64,000 bases of DNA from Ruminobacter sp. (GTDB lineage: Bacteria > Pseudomonadota > Gammaproteobacteria > Enterobacterales > Succinivibrionaceae): the NCBI GenBank assembly GCA_036311285.1, contig JAXJQF010000006.1:6144-70143 (forward strand), in the 5' to 3' direction. Position numbers and translations under genes: made by a program. Below the pieces are notes generated by a model. It saw nothing but the letters and a program-made list of their open reading frames with translations. It was not told the origin of the DNA and made no database searches. Shown here one piece after another: positions 36,142 through 47,641 of the stretch. Within the stretch, counting starts at the first letter, position 1, and every line of letters begins with the position of its first letter.

Positions 36142-37491
36142 ATGGTAGAACTGATGACAAACCAAAAAATATTAAGAAGAATTTTCTCAAAGAAAATGTT
36201 GATATGTATATTCTTGGGTTTTACTTCAGGTTTGCCTTTATATCTTATTTATAATCTAATTACTGCATGGTTAAAGGATAGTGGTATAGATTTAACTACT
36301 ATCGGGTTGTTTTCATTAGTTAGTGTGCCTTATGTTTGGAAATTTATTTGGGCTCCGATTGTTGATCGTTATGATATCTTAAAGCAGGGCAGAAGGCGTA
36401 GTTGGATGTTTTTATGCCAATTTATGCTTTTGGGGTTAATTGCTATTTTAGGTTTCTTTACTCCGTCAGAAAAAAGTTTTGTTGATTTCGGATTAGAGGT
36501 TAACAATATTTCTGTAATTGTTGTTTTATGTTTTTTAATATCTTTTTTCTCAGCAACTCAAGATGTTACCTTAGATGCATATAGACGTGAAATTTTAGAG
36601 GATGAAGAATTAGGGTTAGGTTCATCTTTATTCATAAATTCTTATAGAATTGCTGGCATGGTTCCAGGAGGGCTGGCTTTATATTTAAGTGATATTACAA
36701 CATGGAAAATTGTATTTATTGTTACAGCTTTATTCATGGTTCCAGGTATTGTTACAACTTTTTTAATTAGAGAACCGAAAACTCAAACTACGTCTAAAAG
36801 TTTTATTGAGTTTGTTGTTGCTCCTTTTATTGAATTTATCCAAAGAAAGAAGGTGTTAGGAGCTTTAGGAGTTATTTTATTTATATTCTTATATAAGCTA
36901 GGGGATAGTATGGCAACAGCTCTAGCTACTCCGTTTTATATGGAAATGGGATTTAGTAATACTTCTATTGGTATTGTTAATAAAAGCGTTGGTCTGTGGT
37001 CGCTTGTGATTGGAGGGATTGTAGGTGGCGTAATAATGCTAAAGATTGGTATTAACAAAGCTTTATGGTGGTTTGGTGTTGGCCAAATAGTTACAATCTT
37101 AGGCTTTGTGTTTATAGCGCATGTATGGAAACATCCAACTTTTTGCACAGATATAGTTTCAAGTATTACAGACAACGAAGTGATTATTAATTTATTTAAA
37201 TTTCCTAGTCATTTTTTACTATCTTTTGTAGTAGGTGGTGAGTCTTTAGCAGCAGGTTTAGGTACCTCATGCTTTGTTGCCTATATGTGTAGAGAAACCA
37301 AAGGTGAGTTTGTTGCAACTCAATTGGCTTTATTTACAGCACTATCTGCAATTCCTAGAACTTTTTGTACAGCAATAACGGGGTACATTGTTACCTATTT
37401 AGGCTGGGAAAACTTTTTTATCCTTTGTTATGCCTTAGCTATACCAGGTATGCTTTGTTTGATATGGATTGCTCCTTATAACAAAAGGTAA
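36142..37491 (+). CDS. ampG: Muropeptide (anhydromuropeptide) permease AmpG, MFS
   Basis: GFTSGLPLYL, FSLV..PYVWKF.W.P.VDRY, RRRSWM, SATQDV and LYKLGD match AmpG. Alternative start at ATG 36154. A TTGTAA-16-TATAAT promoter-like element lies about 60 nt upstream. Confidence 0.88.
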   Translation: MVELMTNQKILRRIFSKKMLICIFLGFTSGLPLYLIYNLITAWLKDSGIDLTTIGLFSLVSVPYVWKFIWAPIVDRYDILKQGRRRSWMFLCQFMLLGLIAILGFFTPSEKSFVDFGLEVNNISVIVVLCFLISFFSATQDVTLDAYRREILEDEELGLGSSLFINSYRIAGMVPGGLALYLSDITTWKIVFIVTALFMVPGIVTTFLIREPKTQTTSKSFIEFVVAPFIEFIQRKKVLGALGVILFIFLYKLGDSMATALATPFYMEMGFSNTSIGIVNKSVGLWSLVIGGIVGGVIMLKIGINKALWWFGVGQIVTILGFVFIAHVWKHPTFCTDIVSSITDNEVIINLFKFPSHFLLSFVVGGESLAAGLGTSCFVAYMCRETKGEFVATQLALFTALSAIPRTFCTAITGYIVTYLGWENFFILCYALAIPGMLCLIWIAPYNKR

Positions 37492-37745
37492 GTCATATCA
37501 ATAAAAAGACTCTTAATAATCTTCAATCAAGATTTATCTATTTTAGTGTTTAATACTATTTGTGTCCTTAGGATGATTGATATTGGATTTTTTGAAATTC
37601 TTTTAGTATCTATCTAACAAAAATTTTTACCTTTGTGATAAAATACGAAAACCGATTATTGCGTGTATTGTATACGTTTTTCGGTTTTGGGTGTGTCGTA
37701 TGACATAATTTTGCTTTCTTTCGTATTTTATTAATTGGAACAACC

Positions 37746-39092
37746 ATGATAAAAATTAAGAAAGGATTGGATCTCCCTATTAGCGGTAAACCAGAAAATA
37801 CAGTTAACCATGGTAACAATGTTAAGCATGTTGCTATTTTAGGTTCTGATTTTCCAGGCTTAAGACCTTCAATGTTAGTTGAAGAAGGTGAAATTGTTAA
37901 CAAAGGTCAAGTTCTTTTTACTGATAAAAAGAACCCAGGAGTTAACTATACTTCTCCAATTGCTGGTAAGGTTGTAGCGATTAACCGTGGTGCTAAGAGA
38001 GCATTCCAATCTTTAGTAATTGAAATTGATCCTACAGCTGTAGGAAGTGTAAAATTTAAGGCTTATCCTAATACTGATTTAAAAGGATTAGAACGTGCTG
38101 CTGTTCAAGAGCAATTGATTAACTCTGGTGCTTGGACTGCGTTTAGAACTCGTCCATTCAGTAAGACTCCAGCTGTTAATACAGTGCCAGAACATATCTT
38201 TGTTACTGCTATTGATACTAATCCATTAGCGGGTGACCCACGAGTTGTTATTTCGACTCATGAAGATGATTTTAAAGCAGGTTTAGAAGTATTAACAACA
38301 TTAACAGATGGTTATGTTTACGTGTGTAAAGGTGAAGCTTCTTTGCCAACAATTAAGTCATCAAAGGTAAAAGAAGAAATTTTCATAGGAAAACATCCTG
38401 CAGGTTTAGCGGGTACTCATATTCACTTTACTTGCCCAGCTTCAGAAAATCACGTAATGTGGTCAATAGGTTACCAAGATGTTATTGCTATTGGTTACTT
38501 ATTTAGAACTGGTGACATTTATAATGAAAGAATTGTTGCGTTAGGTGGCCCTAGTGTTAAGACTCCTCGTTTATTAAGAACATTAGCTGGTGCTTGTGTA
38601 TCAGAGTTAATAGCTAATGAAACAGAAGGTGATAACAACAGAGCTATAGCAGGTTCAGTATTACATGGTAACCATGCAACAGGTGCTTTTGATTATTTAG
38701 GAAAATTCCATAACCAAATCAGCGTATTACCAGAAGGTGGTAAGCAAGAATTTATTGGTTGGATGATGCCTGGTGCAAAGAAACACTCTGTAACTAAGGC
38801 TTATTTAAGTAGTTTTATTCGTCCTAAGGTATTTGATTTCAATACTAATTTAAATGGTGGCTCAAGAGCAATGGTTCCAATCGGAAACTTTGAAAGAGTA
38901 TTCCCTCTAGATATGATGCCAACAATGTTATTAAGAGCAATTGAGATTGGTGATACTGATACAGCTAAATTATTAGGTTGTATGGAATTAGACGAAGAAG
39001 ATTTGGCATTATGTACTTACGCATGTCCAGGTAAGACTGAATATGGTCGTTTATTACGTAAGTGTTTAACAAAGATCGACTTGGAGGGTTAA
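37746..39092 (+). CDS. nqrA: Na+-translocating NADH:quinone oxidoreductase subunit A
   Basis: [16 protein letters not shown]... and [24 protein letters not shown] are nearly as in Vibrio NqrA. Confidence 0.95.
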   Translation: MIKIKKGLDLPISGKPENTVNHGNNVKHVAILGSDFPGLRPSMLVEEGEIVNKGQVLFTDKKNPGVNYTSPIAGKVVAINRGAKRAFQSLVIEIDPTAVGSVKFKAYPNTDLKGLERAAVQEQLINSGAWTAFRTRPFSKTPAVNTVPEHIFVTAIDTNPLAGDPRVVISTHEDDFKAGLEVLTTLTDGYVYVCKGEASLPTIKSSKVKEEIFIGKHPAGLAGTHIHFTCPASENHVMWSIGYQDVIAIGYLFRTGDIYNERIVALGGPSVKTPRLLRTLAGACVSELIANETEGDNNRAIAGSVLHGNHATGAFDYLGKFHNQISVLPEGGKQEFIGWMMPGAKKHSVTKAYLSSFIRPKVFDFNTNLNGGSRAMVPIGNFERVFPLDMMPTMLLRAIEIGDTDTAKLLGCMELDEEDLALCTYACPGKTEYGRLLRKCLTKIDLEG

Positions 39093-39096
39093 TAAG

Positions 39097-40341
39097 GTGT
39101 TACTTAAGTTATTTAAAAAGGTAGAACCTTTATTTGCTCCTGGTGGGAAATTAGAACGTTTATTCCCATTATATGAAGGTACTGCTACAGTATTCTATAC
39201 TCCAAGTACAGTTACTAAGAACACAACAACTCATGTACGCGATAATATCGATTTAAAGCGTATGATGATCATGGTCTTCTTTGCTGTGTTCCCATGTATG
39301 TTCTGGGGTTGGTTCAATGTTGGTGCTCAAACAATTGCGGCAATTGCTGACAATGCAGTGATTGTTAATAAGGCTTATTCTTTATTTAGCCCAGCAGAAT
39401 ACCACTATGCTTTAGTTAAGCTTCTTGGAGGGTCTTTAGCAAGTGATGCAAGTTTATATAGTAAGATGTTAATTGGTGCTGTTTATTTTATCCCAATTTA
39501 TCTTGTTGTATTTGCTGTAGGTGCTTTCTGGGAAGTTTTATTCTGTATTATCCGTAAACATGAAGTTAACGAAGGTTTCTTCGTTACATCAATTTTATTT
39601 GCTTTAATCGTTCCACCAACAATTCCTTTATGGCAAGCTGCTTTAGGTATTTCTTTTGGTGTTGTAATAGGTAAGGAAGTATTTGGTGGTACAGGTAGAA
39701 ACTTTATGAACCCTGCATTAGTAGGTAGAGCATTCTTATTCTTTGCTTATCCTGCTCAGATTTCAGGTGATAAGGTTTGGGTTCCTGTAGACGGATATTC
39801 TGGTGCTACAGCTTTGGGTAAGTACGCTCAAACAGGATCAACAGGCGATTTAAATTGGTTAGATGCATTTTTAGGTAATTTACCAGGATGTATCGGCGAA
39901 GGCTCAACATTAATGATAATGGTTGGTGGTTTAGCATTAATCGTTATGGGTATTGCGTCTTGGAGAGTTGTAATTGGTGGTATCTTAGGTATGTTTATCA
40001 TGTCTTTTGTATTCAATGCAATCGGCTCAGATACAAACCATATGTTCCAAATGACATTTGCATGGCACTTTGTTTTAGGTGGCTTCGCATTTGGTATCTT
40101 CTTTATGGCAACAGACCCTGTTTCATCATCATTCACTAATAAGGGTAAAATACTATACGGTTTACTAATTGGTATGATGGTTGTGTTAATTCGTGTCGTA
40201 AACCCTGCTTATCCAGAAGGTATGATGTTAGCAATTTTATTTGCTAATGCTTTTGCTCCATTATTCGACTACTTTACTGCTTTAGGTAATATTAAACGTC
40301 GATTAAAGAAGGCGAATGCTCCAAAGGAGGTAGCTAGATAA
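39097..40341 (+). CDS. nqrB: Na+-NQR subunit B
   Basis: GTG start with GGAGGG 8 nt upstream. Polytopic membrane protein with FAPGGK.E..F.LYE...T.FYTP and the FMN-attachment SGAT motif (YSGATALG). Confidence 0.93.
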   Translation: MLLKLFKKVEPLFAPGGKLERLFPLYEGTATVFYTPSTVTKNTTTHVRDNIDLKRMMIMVFFAVFPCMFWGWFNVGAQTIAAIADNAVIVNKAYSLFSPAEYHYALVKLLGGSLASDASLYSKMLIGAVYFIPIYLVVFAVGAFWEVLFCIIRKHEVNEGFFVTSILFALIVPPTIPLWQAALGISFGVVIGKEVFGGTGRNFMNPALVGRAFLFFAYPAQISGDKVWVPVDGYSGATALGKYAQTGSTGDLNWLDAFLGNLPGCIGEGSTLMIMVGGLALIVMGIASWRVVIGGILGMFIMSFVFNAIGSDTNHMFQMTFAWHFVLGGFAFGIFFMATDPVSSSFTNKGKILYGLLIGMMVVLIRVVNPAYPEGMMLAILFANAFAPLFDYFTALGNIKRRLKKANAPKEVAR

Positions 40342-41141
40342 TGGCTAAGAAAGAAACTACATTAAGTACTTTTTCTGTTATTGGCGGCTTATGTTTCGTT
40401 TGTTCTATTTTAGTTTGCGTTTCTGTTGTTCTTTTAAAACCATTACAAGAAATTGCAATCAACAACGATAGACAAATCAGTATTCTTGAAGCTGCTAGCG
40501 TAAAAGTAGACGGTAAGGTGAGCGAAGTTTATGCTAACAATATCGAAGAAAGATTAGTTGATTTAAAGACTGGTGAGTATGTTACAGACAAGAATCAATT
40601 AGCAAGTATTTTAGGTTCAGCTGAGGCAGAAATTGGTTCATATGATTTTGTGGCTAATGCTAAGGTTGTTGGAAAGAACATCGATATTGACGCTTCTAAA
40701 GATAAAGATAATCCTGGCATTAAAACTACAGCTGCTTACATGCCTGTATATTTAGTTAAGAATGGTGCTACTTATAGTGCGATCATCCTTCCATTCTATG
40801 GTCAAGGTTTATGGTCTACTATGTATGGCTATTTATCAGTTGACGTTGATGGCAACACTATTAAGGCTGTTAAATTCTACTCTCACGGTGAAACTCCAGG
40901 CTTAGGTGCTGAAATTGAAAACCCTAAGTGGACAGCTACATGGGTAGGAAAGAAGTTATTTGATAATAATGAATATATGTTCAACATCAAAAAGAATGCA
41001 GTTGCAAACGGTCATGAAGTTGATGCTTTATCAGGTGCTACTTTAACATCAGATGGTGTTTCACGTTCAGTTAAGTTTTGGGCTAATGAAAGCGGTTATG
41101 GTAAGTTATTAAACCGCATCAAGTCTGAAGGAGTTAAATAA
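40341..41141 (+). CDS. nqrC: Na+-NQR subunit C
   Basis: Single N-terminal TM helix and FMN-attachment motif ALSGATLTS. Overlapping start/stop (TAATG). Confidence 0.93.
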   Translation: MAKKETTLSTFSVIGGLCFVCSILVCVSVVLLKPLQEIAINNDRQISILEAASVKVDGKVSEVYANNIEERLVDLKTGEYVTDKNQLASILGSAEAEIGSYDFVANAKVVGKNIDIDASKDKDNPGIKTTAAYMPVYLVKNGATYSAIILPFYGQGLWSTMYGYLSVDVDGNTIKAVKFYSHGETPGLGAEIENPKWTATWVGKKLFDNNEYMFNIKKNAVANGHEVDALSGATLTSDGVSRSVKFWANESGYGKLLNRIKSEGVK

Positions 41142-41797
41142 TGAGTGATGTACCTAGTGTAAGAGAGGCTCTTACTAAGCCTTTACTTGCTGATAACCCA
41201 ATTATGATGCAAGTTTTAGGTATTTGTTCGGCTTTGGCTGTAACATCTAATCTAAAGACTGCTTTAGTAATGGGTATTGCGGTAACTGCAGTAACAGCGT
41301 GTTCTAATTTTATTATTTCTTCAATTAGAAAGATTATACCTAATAGTGTTCGTATTATTGCTCAAATGACAGTAATTGCATCATTAGTAATAATTGTAGA
41401 CCAATTATTAAAGGCGTTCTCTTATGATTTATCTAAGCAATTATCAGTTTTCGTAGGTTTAATTATCACAAACTGTATTGTTATGGGTAGAGCGGAAGCG
41501 TTCGCAATGAAATATCCAGCTAAGGTTTCATTCTTTGATGGTTTAGGAAATGGTCTTGGTTATGCATTGATTTTATGCTTATTAGGTGGTGTGCGTGAAT
41601 TATTTGGTTCAGGCTCATTGTTAGGTTTCCAAATATTAGAAACTGTTAATAATGGTGGTTGGTATGTTCCAAACGGCATGATGTTAATGCCTCCATGCGC
41701 ATTCTTCTTAATTGGTTTGTTAATATGGTTAACAAATCAGGTTTATAAGACTTTCTCAAAGCCTGATTATGACACTAGCCGTAAGGATGCATCATAA
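41141..41797 (+). CDS. nqrD: Na+-NQR subunit D
   Basis: Rnf/Nqr D-E family membrane protein ([21 protein letters not shown]). Confidence 0.93.
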   Translation: MSDVPSVREALTKPLLADNPIMMQVLGICSALAVTSNLKTALVMGIAVTAVTACSNFIISSIRKIIPNSVRIIAQMTVIASLVIIVDQLLKAFSYDLSKQLSVFVGLIITNCIVMGRAEAFAMKYPAKVSFFDGLGNGLGYALILCLLGGVRELFGSGSLLGFQILETVNNGGWYVPNGMMLMPPCAFFLIGLLIWLTNQVYKTFSKPDYDTSRKDAS

Positions 41798-42393
41798 TGG
41801 AACACTATATTAGTTTATTTGTAAAATCAGTATTTATTGAAAACTTAGCATTAAGTTTCTTCTTAGGTATGTGTACATTCTTGGCTGTATCAAAGAATGT
41901 GAAGACAGCTATTGGCTTAGGTATCGCTGTTGTTGTAGTACAAACAATTGCTGTACCTGTTAATAATTTAGTTTACACATACGTGTTAAAACCAAATGCT
42001 ATTCAAGTTGGTATTGATTTATCATTCTTAGGTTTTATTACCTTTATCGGTGTTATTGCTTGTTTAGTACAGATTCTTGAAATGTTCTTAGATAAGTTCG
42101 TTCCAAGCTTGTATTCAGCTTTAGGTATCTTCTTGCCATTAATCACAGTTAACTGTGCTATTTTTGGTGGTGTATCATTCATGGTGCAAAGAGATTATAA
42201 CTTGACTGAATCAATTGTGTATGGTTTTGGGTCTGGTACTTCTTGGGCAATTGCGTTAATTTTATTAGCAGCTGTAAGAGAAAAATTAAAGTATGCTCAT
42301 TTACCTGCAGGCTTAAACGGCTTAGGCATTGTGTTTATTACTGCTGGTTTAATTGGCTTAGGCTTTATGTCTTTCTCTGGCATTCAGTTATAA
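41797..42393 (+). CDS. nqrE: Na+-NQR subunit E
   Basis: Rnf/Nqr family ([21 protein letters not shown]; [10 protein letters not shown]). Confidence 0.93.
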   Translation: MEHYISLFVKSVFIENLALSFFLGMCTFLAVSKNVKTAIGLGIAVVVVQTIAVPVNNLVYTYVLKPNAIQVGIDLSFLGFITFIGVIACLVQILEMFLDKFVPSLYSALGIFLPLITVNCAIFGGVSFMVQRDYNLTESIVYGFGSGTSWAIALILLAAVREKLKYAHLPAGLNGLGIVFITAGLIGLGFMSFSGIQL

Positions 42394-42402
42394 GGAGTAA
42401 CA

Positions 42403-43629
42403 ATGAGTACTATTATTTGGGGTGTTGCTCTATTTATAGCGATAGTTATAGTATTAGTAACATTAATTTTAATTGCTAAGCACTTTATGGTTAACAGTGG
42501 TGACGTTACAATTGGTATTAACGGTGACCCAGAGAAGGCTATAAAGGTTCCAGCTGGTGATAAATTACTTAATTCATTATCAAGTCAGGGTATCTTCATT
42601 CCTTCTGCTTGTGGCGGCGGTGGTGCTTGTGGACAATGCCGTTGTAAAGTATTAAAGGGTGGTGGAGATGTTTTACCTACTGAATTAGGTCACTTAACTA
42701 AGCGTGACGTGAAAGAAGGATGGAGACTTGCATGTCAAGTTGGTGTACGTCAAGATATGGAAATTGAATTAGAAGCTTCTGTGTTTGGCGTTAAGAAGTG
42801 GACATGTACAGTTGTTTCTAACGATAACAAGGCAACATTTATCAAGGAATTAGTATTACAAATTCCTGAAGGTGAAGAAGTTCCATTTAGAGCTGGTGGT
42901 TATATCCAAATCGAAGCTGAGCCACACGTTGTTAAGTATTCTGATTTTGATATTCCTGATATGTACAAGGAAGACTTTAAGAAATTTAAGTTATTAGATT
43001 TAGTTTCTAAGGTTGATACACACATTTTAAGAGCTTATTCTATGGCATCATATCCAGAAGAAAAAGGTATTATTATGTTAAATGTACGTATCGCTACTCC
43101 TCCATTAAGCGATTTAACTTTACCTCCTGGACAAATGTCTTCTTACATTTGGTCATTAAAGAAAGGTGATAAGGTTATTATTTCTGGTCCATATGGTGAA
43201 TTCTTCGCTAAGGATACAGACGCTGAAATGGTGTTCGTAGGTGGTGGTGCTGGTATGGCTCCGATGCGTTCACATATCTTTGATCAATTAAAGAGATTAA
43301 AGACTAAGCGTAAGATTACATTCTGGTACGGTGCTCGTTCACTTAAAGAAGTGTTCTACCAAGATGAGTTTGATCAATTGGAAAAAGACTTCCCTAACTT
43401 TAAGTGGCATATCGCTTTAAGTGATGCTTTACCGGAAGATAATTGGACAGGCTATACTGGTTTTATTCATAATGTTCTTTATGAAAACTACTTAAAGAAT
43501 CATAAGGCTCCAGAAGACTGTGAATTCTACATGTGTGGTCCTCCAATGATGACTAAGTGTGTTATTAACATGCTTCACGATTTAGGTGTAGAAGACGAAA
43601 ATATCTTATTAGATAACTTCGGTGCTTAA
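42403..43629 (+). CDS. nqrF: Na+-NQR subunit F
   Basis: N-terminal TM helix, 2Fe-2S ferredoxin motif [14 protein letters not shown]...C, and FNR-like FAD/NADH domain ([24 protein letters not shown]). Confidence 0.95.
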   Translation: MSTIIWGVALFIAIVIVLVTLILIAKHFMVNSGDVTIGINGDPEKAIKVPAGDKLLNSLSSQGIFIPSACGGGGACGQCRCKVLKGGGDVLPTELGHLTKRDVKEGWRLACQVGVRQDMEIELEASVFGVKKWTCTVVSNDNKATFIKELVLQIPEGEEVPFRAGGYIQIEAEPHVVKYSDFDIPDMYKEDFKKFKLLDLVSKVDTHILRAYSMASYPEEKGIIMLNVRIATPPLSDLTLPPGQMSSYIWSLKKGDKVIISGPYGEFFAKDTDAEMVFVGGGAGMAPMRSHIFDQLKRLKTKRKITFWYGARSLKEVFYQDEFDQLEKDFPNFKWHIALSDALPEDNWTGYTGFIHNVLYENYLKNHKAPEDCEFYMCGPPMMTKCVINMLHDLGVEDENILLDNFGA

Positions 43630-43659
43630 ATTATAGATATACAAAAGAAAGTAATGAAT

Positions 43660-43688
43660 AAAGCTGCAGAAATGCAGCTTTATTTTTT
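43660..43688. terminator. Bidirectional terminator between convergent nqrF and glnD
   Basis: AAAGCTGCA-GAAA-TGCAGCTTT followed by ATTTTTT. Confidence 0.8.
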
Positions 43689-43699
43689 GTTGCTATTTA

Positions 43700-46324
43700 C
43701 TACATATTGTTGTCGAATCGAGCATCAAGTTTAGTTATAAGTTCATTTTTTAATATTTCTTTTTGCTCGTCATTTAGAGTAGTTTGGTCCATGTTAACAA
43801 TAGAGAAAAAGTCGTCAGCTCGTTCACCTGTGGTAGTAATTTTAGCAGATGTGATGATTACATTGTTGTCATAAAATATTTTACCAATGTTTGCTAGCAA
43901 ACCAGGTACGTCCAAGGTTGAGATTTCAAGTTGAGTGTTTTTATTATCTTTAGTAGATAGGTAGGTTACTGTTGTTGGATGATTAAATGGTTTAAGCTTT
44001 AATGAAATTCCTGTGTTTTTATAGATTTTTATTGTTTTTTCAGCTAATGCTTTGGTGATTGCTAATCTTATATTATGTAATCTATCTACAGCTAGTGGAC
44101 TTCCAAATCTATCATTAAAGATAAAAGTATCTAACGCGTGAGTATCATTTGTACCTGAAATTATAGAACTTAAAATGTTTAAGCCTTTTGTACCTAAGAC
44201 ACTTGTCACTTTTGCAAATAAGCCATTAGAATCGTTTGTATAAACAAATAGTTCCGTTCCATTTATTTGGCTGTTGTAACCAAATAAAATTAAAGGTTCT
44301 TTCTTGTTTTTATGGTTAATTATGTTTTCAGTGTGCCATGCAATTTGTTGTGGTGTGTATCTAATAAAATACTCAATCTTAAATTTGTCCCAGGTTTTGA
44401 AAATATCAATAGGTGAAACATTTTTTTGAGTTAAAATACTTAATGCAAATTGTTGGTTTTCACGTACGTGTAAACGAAGATCAGGAGGGTTTTCTAATCC
44501 TCGACGTAGTGCGTTTCTTGTGGCAAAATAAAGAGTTCTTAGTAGTGAGTCTTTATAACTATTCCATTCTGTTTCATTAGTGGCACAGATATCTGCAACA
44601 GTCATGCAATATAAATAGTTTAAAAAGTTTTCATCTCCAATGTTTTTGGCAAATTCTGTAATTACATCAGGATCGGAGATATCTCTTCTTTGTGCTATTA
44701 AAGACATATATAGATGGTTTTTAACTATCCATGCAACTAGTTTACTTTCATATCGATTGTATTTGTGAACTTTGCAAAAATACAATGCTTCTGGAGCACC
44801 AAGTTCGGCATGATGTCCTCTTCTCCCTTTAGCTATATCGTGAAACAATGCAGCTATAAATAAAAGTTCTGGTTTATCTAATTGAGTGTAAACCTCTTTA
44901 AATAGTGGGTATTTCTCTTTTTTATTAATAGAGAACTTGTGTATGTTCTTTAGTACTCTAATTGTATGTTCATCTACAGTGTAGCTATGGAACATATCAA
45001 ATTGCATCAGACCATTAATTTCCTGCCATTTTGGCATGTATAGAGAAATGATTTGGTACTTATGCATGATAGGAATTGTTACTGTTAGGGATCTTGTGTT
45101 ACTGATAATTTTTTTGAATATTTCACGACATTCTTCGTTTTCATAAAGATAGTTCTTTATCGTTCTTCTTGCGTTTCTTAAATCACGTATACACTGGAAA
45201 TAAATACCCTTGATGCTCGGAGTTTCAGTAACAATTAAAAACAATTCTAAAATTGTTTTTTGTTGTTTTATAAAGATTAAAGGGTCAAGTACATCAATTA
45301 AGTCTTCTTTTACAATAAAATGTTTGTTGATAATTTTGGTATAGTTTTCATTTACTGGAAAAATTTTTTCCTTTAAAACATCTATAATAATTTCATTAAG
45401 CTCAGAAACAATGTGCATTGTTTGGTAGAACTTCTTCATAAAGGCTTCTACATGTGAATTATCTTCTCCATGATAACCAAAAATTTCAGCTATTTTCTTT
45501 TGTTTGTCAAATGTTAGGCGATTATCTGGTTTATTGTTAGTTATATGTAATGCAAAACGAATCTTAAATAGGAATGATTGGCAATCAAGAAGTTCAAAGC
45601 ATTCAAGCTTTGTTAATAACTTATGGTCAACTAATTCTTTAATTGATGTAATGTTAAGTAGCTTGTTAGCAATCCACATTGGTGTGTGAATATCTCTAAT
45701 GCCGCCTGGTGTGTTCTTTATATCAGGTTCAAGCATGTATATAGTGTCTTTGTAAGAATGGTGTCTTTCCTTTTGTTCAGCGATTTTTGCATTATAAAAG
45801 TCTTCTATTGACCAGAAATCAGGAGATGAAATCTTTTTTATTAGTTTGTTATAGGTATTTTTAGAACCTATTAATAATCTAGTTTCAAGAAGGTTAGTTG
45901 CAATAGTTACATCCTTTTTACCTTCCTCAATACATTCTTTAATTGTTCTTACTGATTGCCCAATTTCTAATTTTAAATCCCATAGTAGAGTTGTAAATTT
46001 AGGGATAACTTCATTTAATTCTTCAACGCTTTCCTTTGTGTAGACAAAAAGAATGTCAATATCTGAGTATGGTTGTAGTTCTTCTCTACCGTATCCACCT
46101 ACAGCTACTAGACTTAAACTTGAAAATGAAGATAAATTAAGTTGGTTCCATATCTTTATAAGCAATTTATCAATAAAGTCAGAACGCTTTTTAATTAGTA
46201 TATCTGTTTCAATACCGTTGAAGAAATTTGTTCTTAAATAGTTGTAGTGTTCTTCAATGATGGTTTTACCATTTGAGATATTGATGTCTTCGTTCGGGAT
46301 AATATCAAGTATGTCTTGGTTCAT
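43700..46324 (-). CDS. glnD: Bifunctional uridylyltransferase/uridylyl-removing enzyme (PII regulator)
   Basis: 874 aa. Nucleotidyltransferase GGYGREELQPYSDIDILF, HD domain LFHDIAKGRRGHH, and two ACT-like C-terminal modules. glnD-map-rpsB neighbourhood. Confidence 0.92.
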   Translation of the reverse strand: MNQDILDIIPNEDINISNGKTIIEEHYNYLRTNFFNGIETDILIKKRSDFIDKLLIKIWNQLNLSSFSSLSLVAVGGYGREELQPYSDIDILFVYTKESVEELNEVIPKFTTLLWDLKLEIGQSVRTIKECIEEGKKDVTIATNLLETRLLIGSKNTYNKLIKKISSPDFWSIEDFYNAKIAEQKERHHSYKDTIYMLEPDIKNTPGGIRDIHTPMWIANKLLNITSIKELVDHKLLTKLECFELLDCQSFLFKIRFALHITNNKPDNRLTFDKQKKIAEIFGYHGEDNSHVEAFMKKFYQTMHIVSELNEIIIDVLKEKIFPVNENYTKIINKHFIVKEDLIDVLDPLIFIKQQKTILELFLIVTETPSIKGIYFQCIRDLRNARRTIKNYLYENEECREIFKKIISNTRSLTVTIPIMHKYQIISLYMPKWQEINGLMQFDMFHSYTVDEHTIRVLKNIHKFSINKKEKYPLFKEVYTQLDKPELLFIAALFHDIAKGRRGHHAELGAPEALYFCKVHKYNRYESKLVAWIVKNHLYMSLIAQRRDISDPDVITEFAKNIGDENFLNYLYCMTVADICATNETEWNSYKDSLLRTLYFATRNALRRGLENPPDLRLHVRENQQFALSILTQKNVSPIDIFKTWDKFKIEYFIRYTPQQIAWHTENIINHKNKKEPLILFGYNSQINGTELFVYTNDSNGLFAKVTSVLGTKGLNILSSIISGTNDTHALDTFIFNDRFGSPLAVDRLHNIRLAITKALAEKTIKIYKNTGISLKLKPFNHPTTVTYLSTKDNKNTQLEISTLDVPGLLANIGKIFYDNNVIITSAKITTTGERADDFFSIVNMDQTTLNDEQKEILKNELITKLDARFDNNM

Positions 46325-46417
46325 ATTTTTGTCTTTTGGTTATAATATCTATTGGCCTTACGGATTATCGTTAAGTATTGTTAGCAAAAAGTAAGGGAAA
46401 CGTAATAATATCAGAAA

Positions 46418-46471
46418 TTAAAAAAATATCTTGGTTATTAAATTTTATAATAATTTAACTTCCAAGATATT
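46418..46471 (-). terminator. Terminator downstream of map (long interrupted hairpin)
   Basis: AATATCTTGG (46425-46434) pairs with CCAAGATATT (46462-46471), with an inner 7-bp TTAAATT stem. On the minus strand it is followed by a T-run. Confidence 0.65.
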
Positions 46472-46505
46472 GTTATGTTTCTTATATGTGAGTTTGATTA
46501 GCTTT

Positions 46506-47300
46506 TTAGATGTTGTGTAAAATTCTTTCTATTTGTTCATCTTCTCTAAGAGTTAAGATTTCACAACCATCTTTTGTGATAACAATTGTGTGTTCAAATT
46601 GAGCAGAAGGTTGTTTGTCAGCTGTTGTTACAGTCCATCCATCCTTTGTGCTTGTCTTACATTTATAGCTTCCTGCATTAATCATAGGTTCAATGGTAAA
46701 AGTCATGCCTTCTTCTAGTACTAGATTGTATTTATTCGGAGCATAGTGAACTACTTGAGGATCTTCGTGGAACACGTTGCCAATACCATGACCACAGTAA
46801 TCTCTTACTACTGAAAAACCTGCTTTATCAGCAATCGGTTGGATTGTCTCTCCAACGATAGTTAGATTCTTTCCTGGGGCTACAGCTTTTAACGCAGCAT
46901 ATAGAGATTCTTGAGCACATTTGATTAACTTCCTGTTTCTTGGTGTAACTTCACCAACTTCAAACATCATGCTTGTGTCTCCATAATAGTCATCTTTGAT
47001 TACAGTAACGTCAATATTAACAATGTCTCCATTTCTTAGTTTATGGTTAGCAGCAGGTATCCCATGACATACAACCTCGTTAACTGAAATACATGTGCAT
47101 TTAGGGTAACCATGGTATCCCAAACATGCGGAAATAGCTTGACAATCCTCTTCGATATATTTTTGCATAATGTTGTCAAGTTCAAGGGTTGTTACGCCTG
47201 ATTTAACATATGGTTTAATCATTTCTAAAACGCTTGCTGCTAAACGTCCTGCTATTCTCATCTTTTCAATTTCAGATTCAGTTTTTATAGAGACATTCAT
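46506..47300 (-). CDS. map: Methionine aminopeptidase type I
   Basis: MNVSIKTESEIEKMRIAGRLAASVLEMI matches the E. coli Map N-terminus. Also VCHGIP, DVTV..DDYYGD, GHGIG..FHE, EPM and FEHT. AGGAAA lies upstream of ATG 47300; the longer ORF (to 47396) adds a non-conserved extension. Confidence 0.93.
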   Translation of the reverse strand: MNVSIKTESEIEKMRIAGRLAASVLEMIKPYVKSGVTTLELDNIMQKYIEEDCQAISACLGYHGYPKCTCISVNEVVCHGIPAANHKLRNGDIVNIDVTVIKDDYYGDTSMMFEVGEVTPRNRKLIKCAQESLYAALKAVAPGKNLTIVGETIQPIADKAGFSVVRDYCGHGIGNVFHEDPQVVHYAPNKYNLVLEEGMTFTIEPMINAGSYKCKTSTKDGWTVTTADKQPSAQFEHTIVITKDGCEILTLREDEQIERILHNI

Positions 47301-47472
47301 ATTTTTGTTTCCTATATCATATATTTTTGTAAGCATTATATCACTTATCTTTGTAATGGTCTCTTTTAAACTTTTTAAAGGAATAATAGCTAACATTTGT
47401 TTTCCTGTTACGTAGAATTTTTACTTAAAATATTTTGAATAAAAAATAATCAATAGTTGTGTTAAAAATGAA

Positions 47473-47500
47473 TTGATTTTATGACATTTGTTAGTATAAT
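47473..47500 (+). promoter_or_regulatory. Sigma70-like promoter for rpsB-tsf
   Basis: TTGATT (47473-47478), 16-nt spacer, TATAAT (47495-47500). Confidence 0.5.
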
Positions 47501-47567
47501 GTTTTGACTTTTGTTTAGTTTTTATTAAGCGAAAGTAAATTTATTTATTTTTTAATTCGAAAACACA

Positions 47568-47641
47568 CACTAGGTTATAAGAGTTTAGTTGGGTGCATAT
47601 TTTTTATGTTGACTGGCTTTCCTAGTGGAGGTTTAACCCAA
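47568..47641 (+). promoter_or_regulatory. rpsB 5' leader with pseudoknot-capable pairings (candidate S2 autoregulatory element)
   Basis: CACTAGG (47568-47574) pairs with CCTAGTG (47621-47627). The enclosed TTGGGT (47589-47594) is complementary to ACCCAA (47636-47641), which lies downstream of that stem and just 5' of the SD AAAGGA. Confidence 0.5.

Noticed and set aside
37610-37903. 97-aa minus-strand ORF spanning the nqrA start
   Set aside because: It overlaps the conserved NqrA N-terminus ([16 protein letters not shown]...) in antisense. It has no SD and no motifs.
47301-47396. N-terminal extensions suggested by the longest-ORF calls (map here; also rlmJ 22944-22988, slyD 28228-28263, dxs 33517-33534, fabZ 59381-59416, rnhB 61954-61986, pilV 19357-19374)
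   Set aside because: In each case a downstream start aligns with the conserved N-terminus of the family and has a better SD. The extension overlaps the upstream gene or a terminator hairpin.
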